Of a DNA stretch of 64,000 nt, positions 54,148 to 64,000 are shown piece after piece. The notes under the pieces are model-generated. The model had not been told where the DNA came from and searched no databases. It saw nothing but the letters and a program-made list of their open reading frames with translations. A program made the translations under genes and the position numbers. Source of the stretch: Ophelia neglecta (taxonomy: Eukaryota); NCBI GenBank assembly GCA_965285935.1, contig OZ260665.1, positions 62,620,001-62,684,000 on the forward strand, written 5' to 3'. The first letter of the stretch is position 1; the number at the start of each line of letters is the position of its first letter.

Positions 54148-56554
54148 GATCTACTTCATTATAAGTGTACCATGTGATAGGTAGCCCTTTATGCTCCTAC
54201 ACATATAAAATGGCCCCAACTTGATTTTATAAGCTTATATCCTGCTTTTTGCAAGGGGAAGATCATTTGTTGTCTATAAATGGTTTTTTAGTTATGAGTC
54301 GCGTGACGGTAGCTTCGACAATCCACTTAAGGTAGCCGGATAAGATTAACCAGAGACCATCGCGTGGGAGAGCTCTTCAACTAAGGATCGATACCTGGTT
54401 TTAAAAATGGCTATATGTTACAGGGTCATACGGGCAGTATTAATACGCGAGCTCCAGACAGCGGACTCAGGTCTGCTCAAATAACACAACCACACCATCT
54501 CCAGTATGGTCAACAATCAATAAAGCCTCCCTTCTCCGTCTTGGTTGTCGATGCATTATTTATCAGTATTCATACAAGCTTCAAAGTAAACATGCCTAGA
54601 TAGGTACGTTTTCTTTCAACAAGAAATAATTAGATGTAACGAATCCGACTTGTTGTAGAAAAAAAGGATAAATAAATATGGCTGGTAGCCTACTTGTTAC
54701 AGACTTGTAAGATTTCTAATTCATCTTCTCCAATAAAAACAGGACATGGTAAATCTATTTTTATAGATAAAAAGCATGATTGATGCGAGCTACCATGGAA
54801 ATATTTTAAAGTTTATCATTCACATATTATTAAAAATGATATATGGCTAGATATATATGTATATATATATACATATATTAAATGACTTCCATCACCTCCA
54901 AACTGATCAGAGAAGACAAAGGTAATGCTGTGCTTAAGGCAAAACAATAGACAGATATGATTGTATCGTGCAGGGTGTTATTATATCACCTACAATCCAA
55001 GAGCTTGCGACTTTTGGATATCAAAAGATTTTCCTTTACCTTCACAGCTTCAAAAGACGTGACACAAAATGTCATAGCACATTAGATGCGACAATCCAGA
55101 TGCACCTATATGAGTGCTGGATCCAGGCTCTTTTTAAATAAGATTTTTGCTTGCCTTTTTTTTTAGAGACTAATAGGGGTTCTCTAAAGATTGTAGACGT
55201 TGCCAATGATGCATCTAGCCTGAATTTTTAATGAGCTGGTTTAATCTCTGGAATACCATAATACATGCAAGAATCGAGTTAGGAAAGTAATTTAAAGATT
55301 TCCTTCTAGAAAGCTTTTAAAAGCAGCATGCAATCTTTATATACGTTCGCCTGACATGGACGAAATTTTTCTCGAATGTCCCTAGTTCCTACAAGCTGAG
55401 AAGTGCAGGCTACCCATCACTGCAATGATCTCAGACTAACATTATCAGAGAGGTTAAGCCAGGTGTAAAAATTGGAAAGTGTTGAGTTTTGGTGTCAGCG
55501 AAATTGACCCGAATAAAGTCCTGGCCAACTTTTGGAATTCAGACGTTATAGCTAATTGCAAAACATGTCTCGGTGACAGATCACCCAAAATCTCTAGATG
55601 GCAGCTAGCAGAACGTAGTATACTACAAATATAAAATCATTTATGCAGTAGCACTATCTAAATATTAACATGTATTCCTGCAACACTTGTCACCGGTATT
55701 GTACATGAAAGGTTTAGCTTCGATGAAAGTGGCATGGAAATATACCATTCAATTAAGTAGAAATCACCCAAAGGTCGATGGGATCAACTAACAAGTCACG
55801 TCTACAAATCGCGCAGGAGACAACAAAATCACATGTGAAATTGAGGATGCTCGAAGAAATGGGCAGGGAAAACTTTGAATATTAGTACCCCTTTTTGTGC
55901 CAATGAGACTGCAAGAGTGTAATTAATCATGCAATACTGGCATGCAATACTGTCAATTGAACCTACACATAGTTTTTTTTTAACAAATCCCAATGTAATT
56001 GCAGGCGGCCGGCTTCCAATCTCTCATGATCTGATTTTTAAGTGCAGTATGTGAATGATGCCTAACTACCTTGTAACTTGCTACTCTAACTTAATGGAAG
56101 CTTATTGACTAGATCAGGGACGGTCCTTGGACGTCCTTAGACGTACTTAGATTAAATGCTGGTGGATGACAAATGCAAATTTTCTTATCGGAATTGGCTT
56201 TTCATGAAAGTGTATTTTAAGAAAAAGTTCTGCGTAGATAAAGTGAATGATACCAATGGTTGACTTTCATCTTTGAATCTTAAGAATAGAACTGAATAAT
56301 GAAGGCTTCGGTATAAACTAAGTTTTGCCCTAAAAGCCTTCGGCTCCTTCCAGCGCATTTTATTCAAATAAGCCCACACGTCAGCTTTATTTCTTTAAAA
56401 AAAAATATTATAGAACTAAGTCACCATGTTTAAGTAAGTGGTGGTGGTCGTCTATTTATACAATCCTATAATGATAATTATACCAGCGGCATAAAGTCTG
56501 AAGACCACATGTGCGAAAAAAAACTCAAATAATCAAATATGTAATCTATGCATG

Positions 56555-56705
56555 TGTGACGCGCTCACATGGCGAACGCTAATTGGCCAAGAAAGCAAAT
56601 GACGCTTGGCCTGCTTTCGGCGATGACGTCACCACCAGAAGGTAGCTGCACCCAGGGACACAGTGCTCTGGCAAAACGCGTCACTTGCCTTCGGGTTTAA
56701 ATAGA
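56555..56705. promoter_or_regulatory. Candidate CRE-rich enhancer or promoter
   Basis: Palindromic TGACGTCA at 56624-56631, three further TGACG/CGTCA half sites (~56557, 56600, ~56679), ATTGG at 56582, locally CpG-rich. Confidence 0.35.
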
Positions 56706-59451
56706 TCAAACGGCATACATATCAAACCAATAAGAGACAGCCTTTTTTCAACCACACCAATTACACATAGACAATATGCGCGTCAGCAGTAGCTTGTGAA
56801 CACTGTTTTCTAGCATCGTATAAATTTTAAACCTTTTTTCTGAAAGTCTCCAGACTTTATGTGGCTGGTATAATATGCAGCATAAAAGTATACCGAATAA
56901 TACACAACTAAAATCAATTCAATTCAATATACCATAAAACAATAAAATGAATCAATATCTTGGAAAAAGTATTCATTCACATTAAGCAATAAATTCTGTG
57001 CATGCATTTTTAGAACTATTGATTAAAATATATCGTTGGCTGTATTGATAAATCAGGTATCGTAAATTCCAGGATAATCATAGGTTCCTACACAGATCTT
57101 TATCCCGTTTTTCACATTTGCATAGTTTATATAATTTTACTGAACTAAAAAGGATAATATTAGTCCATTATGTTTACTTTTCAGAAAATCTATTTGTTTA
57201 TTCTATTTTCTTCTGAGTATTAGTTGATTCATATATTGCTTCATAACATTTCCTCATCGGCCAAATCAGAAGTACAAAGTATTCTTTTCAGGCCTTGAGC
57301 TATCTTGTGATGACGCTATAAAGTTCATTGTATTCCAGTCGTATGAACTTTACTCGCCGATTCTAAGAAACAGCTAGCCCCGGGTAAATCCAATTCTGTG
57401 ACTTATGACTGGTGTCAAGCTTACCCATCGGCTACGGACTGGTAAATTGTTCTCATGGATATATATATTTTATGAATGTGTCTTCTGTGAACGGCAGAAT
57501 TCATAACACGCCAACGCCTACGTAAGTCAGCACTATACAAGTAAATAATGATATACCGTGCGTCGGCAAGATGCCTGCACTGGCAGACTTTTCGTCAGCA
57601 ATTCGATTTTCCAGTAATGCCGACCGCTTTTGGTATCAACAATAAAGGCAAACGCCAGTTAATTTGTCTGTTTTCGGTCAATATAAATACATACTCTAGT
57701 GGATGGCTTTATATGGCTATATTTTAAGGTAGTTGAGACGGCATTTTGGAGTGGCCGTGCTTGTCTTGGCTGATTGCGGCGGCAGCGAAGTGTTAATTCG
57801 GGCCGAGCGGGCTCAAGTCAGAAGGGTTGTGTAAGCCACCGACGATAGGGGTATTGATCGAGTCCATACGAAACTAAACAAGTTTAGCGATTTCAGCTTT
57901 GCACGGATCGGGCACTGGCCCTATAAATAAGAACACCGATAACGTGCGGGTACTTGTAGAATCAGCAATTGCCCCATCAAGATTTTCCCAAATGTATAAA
58001 CCTGGCAATGTTAGGGAAGCATACAAAAAGGCATGAGGCGAGCATTCTTCTCACATTCGATACATTGATTGCCATTTGATATAAAGCTACTAAGGTTACT
58101 TTTGATGTTAATAATGCTTTATAGAAACGTCACAGCTCGACGGAGGCACGCAACTTCAAATAAAGGCCTATTGTCACGTTTGCAGGCATACGCAATTCAG
58201 CAAACAAGTTTAAGCAAGTTCAGCATTAATAACAATTATGTTTATTCAGCGGTATTCAGCCAATCAGGTGTTGTATTTGTGACCTCATTGTTGACATGGT
58301 AGGCAGGTATACCGGGTATATAAGGCTGTCGTCTGCCATGTTAGTTACAGAGTAACGGCTAGTCTGTCCCCTCCCGGCTGGTCTTCTCCAGCCCGGTGGG
58401 CCACCCCTCCTAGTCGGTCATCATGGCGGATTGGAAGTGGGTGCTCTCGTGGCGTCAGAATAACATTCTCTGAATCAAGCTTACTTCGTACACTCTCGGG
58501 GCTTTCCAGTCTCGGGGCTAAACAACTCGGTTCTCGGCCGAAGCCCAGCCACCTGACATACGGTAGACAGGGGTTGGGTGGAAGCTCTAGGGGGAGCACG
58601 CCATAGCGGCCCCGCAATCTCCTCCACCAGGGAGCAAGGGGCAGGCGTGTGACCTGGGGACCCTCACATCGACCGCTGTGCTCCGTCGATGTGACCCCGG
58701 CCACGGGCAGCTTGTCTCCCGGGCTGTGGACTCCAAACAGATGACGGACAGGCGTTGGTGGGTGTGAGGGCTCTCGGGAGAATCATATAAAAAGGCTTCA
58801 TTTAGCGGATCACCTAACAGCAGGTACGTGGCTTGTGGTTGTCGAGGGAAACATACACAGTGAGGTTTTAGATATACCAAGCTTAAATTCTGGTCCAGGC
58901 AATGTGTAAGATTGATGCACATTCAAAGGGATAGCCACTATCTGGGGCCATTTTAATGATGGGAAAACATGTGTAGGCCTGAGAAGATACGATATCGAAC
59001 CTTGGAGCTAATAATATACCTATATGTCTCCGATCGAAATCAGTTTGGAAATAGGTCGTTAGTTAAATAATAGCTTGTAAGCCATAGGTTTGTTTTTGCT
59101 GTGATATGCATAACACTTTAATTAAAGCTAGTTTACAATATGTATATAACCGTTATACAATGCTATAATTGTAGTCAGAGTAAGAGTGATATGTAGATAT
59201 GCTCTTGACTTAAAACTGTATTTGACGTTGATGTCAAAACACTCTGGGCAGTTTTCAATCAATATAGAGAGCATACATGTGCCGACTTGTAGACATTTCA
59301 TAGGACGTGTACCTCACCTGTCTTATTGCTCGCCTTATTTTTAGGCATGGAATTGAATATGGAAAATTAACCATAATTATGCCACTTAAACACGGTAAGG
59401 TATTGTAGAATTAATCATCTTCATGTTTAAAGCGATAACCATACAAAGGCT

Positions 59452-59465
59452 GGGGGGGGGGGGGG
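59452..59465. repeat. G14 homopolymer
   Basis: Direct reading. Confidence 0.95.
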
Positions 59466-60654
59466 ATTTTTATTCACGCCATCGGAGAGTTCGTTTATAT
59501 GTAGCTTGCCTATACATTGTTTCATTTTCCTTTACCGGTAAGATGCAGACCTAGCTATATTCCTTCAAACTCTCCATTCTACTTTGTACCGTGGGCACTT
59601 ATATAAATTTGACGTACTTTTTGGCAGCTAGGTCAATTTTCCCAATAAAAATGTATATAGGCATTCTTTTACTGTAATTAGATGATCTTACATTTGACCT
59701 ACATGCATGTGTTCACTCTACTCCAGTTAGTATCTAAACACTGATAGCTATAGATTGCTAGCGCCTGTGTATTATGATGTCATAGCTCAGCCAGCGTTGT
59801 AGCGTTTAAATCCGTTTGGAGCCAGACAACAGGGATTCCCTCCTTAATAGCCGCTTCCGGAGGCCACACTAGTCTCGATAGGCGGCGCTGTTTAGGAGGG
59901 AAATCGCTAGACGGCGCTGTTTGGATGGAAATTATTGCGCCATAGCTAGGACGGAGAACAGTTTTTTAAGCCCAGGAGCTGACATGCAGGTTTTCGGGGA
60001 GTGTACGGAGTAAGCTGTCCTGATTCAGAGAGTGACATTATGCCGTCTATAAGAGCACCTTCTTGCGGTTTGCCATAAATGCCACCGGTATTTGTTGCGT
60101 TCAACCCAAAGTATGTTCATCCCGCCCACTTCACAAAAATAATGTCTATACTTGCATATAGAACGTACATATAGCGGCACATGCATATAGCGGTACAATA
60201 ACCTCTGGCACAAACTGACACTAGTAAATGGAGGCGTGGCTCGTCCGTTCAAAACCAATGATTAACACTCACTCGTCTGTTTAAATGTTTATTTACACTC
60301 GCACAAAATAATCAATCTGACACGATTCAATCTCCCCATAAAGGGGATTCGTTTTTATTACAGCAGACATGAATTATGGTTCTTGTGACTTTTTTATTGG
60401 CAAATTGGCTCAATGCCCTTGATAAATCGCTTTTAAAACCGGAAGTTTCGGGAGAGAAAAGATTAAGGTCCTCTTTTTTGTAGCTTTTGAATAATTAATA
60501 TACTCTTAAATTAAGTCAGCAAGCGCTGAAGCGCTGGGCCTTTGAACTCGCAGATAAAGTATTAAAAAACCGGAAGGAATAACAGAGAGTAACAAAGATG
60601 GAAGCCTGTTTACATTATTATCGATCACGTAGGATTGAAGAAAGGGTTTGGAGA

Positions 60655-60730
60655 CAGGGGAGAAGATTAAGGGAGAGAAGATAGACTGGTGAAGGAGAGA
60701 AGATTATTTGGTGTAGGAGAGAAGATAGGG
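60655..60730. repeat. Purine-rich degenerate repeat, GG(A)GAGAAGAT x4
   Basis: ggggagaagattaa gggagagaagatagactggtg aaggagagaagattatttggtg taggagagaagataggg. Confidence 0.75.
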
Positions 60731-62701
60731 CATTAAATGTGCGCAATATTACTCGATTTGACCATTCCTCTCAGAGTCATGAGATCCCTCTTTACTACAG
60801 TACCAGACTGGGATAATTTGGCAGAGGCGGGTTTAATATTTCACTGTCAAAAAAACACCTCCCTAGTAGCAGATGCCAATGAGGTTTTACTAGACCTACG
60901 TCAGAATCCCATTTCGACTTCCTGACTTGTACGTATACCTTCTTACCGGTCACCTCAGTGTCTGCCACACCTTCGATGTTGATGACTCATTAACCATGCC
61001 TTAAGGAGAGAAAGCTCTAGATCCGGCGCTTAATTCTAGAAGGATCTGTAATCCGGCTAGTGGGTCCATCTGGCAGGCGAGGGCTATGACAACAACCGTC
61101 AGACGACCTTATTGATAGCCTATGTGACCCGGCGTCTTTTTTGTGTATGTTAATACTAGATCAACACTCTCATTGTGGTCAGGAAGACCTTGCTGTTGGG
61201 TTCATAACCTATAGTAAGGGTATGGGCGTAATGCTAAAGTGTGTAACCGTTCTAACAACAGGACAAGACCCCGTACTCTCCGTAAAATGTACTGAGGTGC
61301 TCCCCGGGAGGTTCTTATTTCAGGTTGATTGTAGAATATGCTTACCGACAGAAATTTATTAGAGTCATCTATGCCACTTTTGCCATGGTCTTATAATTTG
61401 CAGTCATTATGTATTGTATTTTTTTTATCATATAATATTAGTGAATTTACTATACGCCGCATCGTGCCACTTGTTCTATTAACAGGATAAAAAAGTAGCC
61501 TACATGAAGTAAATTATTGCAATATCGAATACAATGTCAATATTCTATATGTCCCACCTCCGCAACTTCTCACCTTGGTTATTACATGATAATCTCGTGA
61601 CCGGATGTCTCCGAGTAATATATGTAGCTTAGGCCAAGATCGACATAAAAATAGCGCAGAGTCATACACCCTTGAGGCGGTTATAACCGTTATCCAGGGA
61701 CTTAAAAGAAAAAGCACGTGGAAGCAAATGCATGTAAATAGGTCCAATTCTAAAGATTAAAAACGCTTTTTATTGCTTGGCAGCAGATATTTACATTATA
61801 TTAAAGCTTGAATATTTAATTAAATGATATAACCATTCGTTTTTGTCTTCTTCTTCAAAAATAAATCCCGAAAATGTAGGCTTTGTAATTCTGTACTCAA
61901 GACAAGTGTTTTGGCTACCTCAACTTGGCACCTCTTTTGTTTTGGGATATCACTATGGCTGTACACGGGATTGGCAAAGAGCCTATTCCAGCATGCCAAT
62001 CACATGCCTTCTGACCATTTACCTCTGTACCTGCTTAATATGCACAGCCAAACAGGAAGTGATCAAGTATTTATGTAAGCAGATTCCACAACTTTTCCAA
62101 AACTTGAAAGAAATTGATTTTTGCTAGATAAAATTGACAGATTTTGTTATTTATTCGGATTTGGAAAAAGTTGTATCTCCTGAACCTAAATTTGTACCAA
62201 AAAGTTCTGCCCACATTTTAAGGTGAAAAAATCTTTAAAATATGTACAGCCTAAAAGATTTTCTTTGTTGTACATACTCTCCCTTGTGGTTTTATTGACA
62301 AATGAACCGTTTTTAGGGTTCGTAGGAAGAGTGGTGCTATTAAGCTCGTTAACACCTAGACCCCCTAGCCTTATGGTTACTAAACAAGCAAGCCCTTTCA
62401 GAATCGGACAGCGACCAAGACTATAATGAATAGAACCCTGAACCTGGAGAGGATTTACTCCTTGCCGTTTTTTGTGACTTGTAATGGCGAAAATTTATAC
62501 TGTACATGTTTAGCGAAGAATACAGATTTATAGTTTACAGAAAGATTCAATGTTTAAGGAATAATTAAAATGTTTATAGGCCTTACCACAAACACACATT
62601 ACCAATTAGCGAATAAATAAGCTTACATCTAACTTCTGAATGATTGGGATATTTTCTGATTCCTGAACATCTCATACTTCATAAAAGGATCTTTGATTTC
62701 G

Positions 62702-62762
62702 CCCCCCCCCCCCCCCCACACACACACACACACCCGCACGGCACCCCACCCCCAACCTCCCA
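62702..62762. repeat. C16 + (CA)n + C-rich tract
   Basis: Direct reading. Confidence 0.9.
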
Positions 62763-64000
62763 ACGAAGCCCGAGATCTCCCTGCGGCAGAGGCCCTGCCA
62801 CAGGCCTATTTGGAATATAGCTTGTTGAATGTTCTTTCAATTTATACCTGGTGGGAACCTTTCACCCTCCATAACTTTAATAATCCCATCACAGGAGCAC
62901 ATCTCACTGCTAAACTTAGGAAAAGTCAATACAACAATAAGCGCATCATTGACCTCTTTGTCTAACCTGTATGTACCGGTAACGGCAAGACCATGCGTGT
63001 GTAAAAAGGTTCATGCTGTTTAAATCATTAGAAAGAATTCAATAACTGTTGGCGTAAATTACTACATAACATAGTCTTAACGACGGTTAGTATCGATCTG
63101 AATTTAATCCTAATCACCGCAAGTAATTTGCAATACATGGTTGTGTCTACTCAAATGTCAAATCCTTGCCAAGTTAAGGCCCGATGACGCAAGTAGGGGA
63201 ATTCAGAGGCGTATTACATTGTGTTATTCTCATCTTTCGCCCTAGTCCAACATTTCTAGCCGTTATTTAATAATCGGACCCAATTCAAGCTAACTCTCGT
63301 CTCTACAGTATGACGTAATACGATTTTGAAGTTTAAATTGCGTTTTGCTTGACAAAATGTTGTTGACAAGTGCAGCCAGAGGCTACAAATTCAATAAGAA
63401 TTAAGCGAATTTGTTGTTTCCTGCCTCAGGGCTCGTGGTTACTGTTCATATGAGAAGCTATAGAGAGCTTTTTCATACTAGCATATTAGTATTTTTTCAT
63501 AAAAAAAGGGGAACCTTTTTTAATAATATGCCACTTTCTTGGAGGTTAGGAGTACCAAAATTAATACTTAATTGTACACAGTAAACACTGGCCTATCAAT
63601 TCAACGCATTGAGTATGGTTTGAGAAATCGACCGATGTAAACTCCAATGCCTACAGCTGATTGGATGATACATTGCAATGCAACAAAGCTCTCATGTAAT
63701 GACCTTCGAGATGTCGAGTTATGACACATGTTATATGATAATGACAATAACGAGGAGCGTATCGCGATTGTGGTGATTGCATTTGCAGCGGAATTAGGGC
63801 CAGACATGCCTGGATACTTTGCATTCATTACTTTTGTGTGCACAGCAAATTTTTAAAAGGTTTCCGCATGGAAAGAACCTTGGCTTACATCTTTATAGCT
63901 TGACATGCTTAACATGCTTATCACGCAGCAGAATCAGGCCACCATCAGCCCTCATAGAAGTTGTCAGATATACACATATCCAGATATTTTTTTCGTAGAT

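Larger units (their letters stand above)
19764..64000 (+). other. Long intron of the GPCR gene, running past the window end
   Basis: Strong donor right after RSKRK, where TM6 should begin. No CWxP or NPxxY-coding exon seen downstream in the ORF track or by eye. Confidence 0.65.

Noticed and set aside
58495-58520. Minus-strand GGAAAGCCCCG resembling RNase MRP/P CR-I
   Set aside because: No matching CR-V element downstream on the same strand.
59949-59970. GGACGGAGAAC resembling miR-184
   Set aside because: The match stops after 11 nt and no supporting hairpin is evident.
61843-62127. VFWLP-containing ORF as possible GPCR exon 2
   Set aside because: No hydrophobic TM6 helix before WLP and no NPxxY.

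Overview
Eukaryotic, AT-rich, repeat-littered animal DNA. A lophotrochozoan source, probably a mollusc, is inferred from the receptor type and the SINE/LINE style; it is not proven. The only well-supported protein-coding feature is the first coding exon (18876-19763, +) of a class A neuropeptide-type GPCR, covering the N-terminus through TM5 and ICL3. It ends at a phase-0 AAG|GTAAGG donor. No TM6/TM7 exon was found by eye, so the remaining ~44 kb is most likely one very long intron. The rest of the window is decayed mobile DNA: several LINE relics, two copies of a SINE (one nested in a TA-flanked MITE), a pogo-type transposase relic, possible Crypton and Penelope relics, micro/minisatellites and short tandem duplications. 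The most interesting leads concern processing of the GPCR transcript: candidate recursive splice sites along the intron, a 10-nt microexon or alternative last exon, a possible intron read-through 5-TM isoform with a CxxC-x4-CxxC tail, a uORF-rich leader and a recent 91-bp duplication of CRE-like sites. A structured GC-rich island near 58.5 kb and a decayed heptad-coding minisatellite near 8 kb remain unexplained. All calls were made by eye without alignment tools. No prokaryotic-type system (CRISPR, operon) is present.
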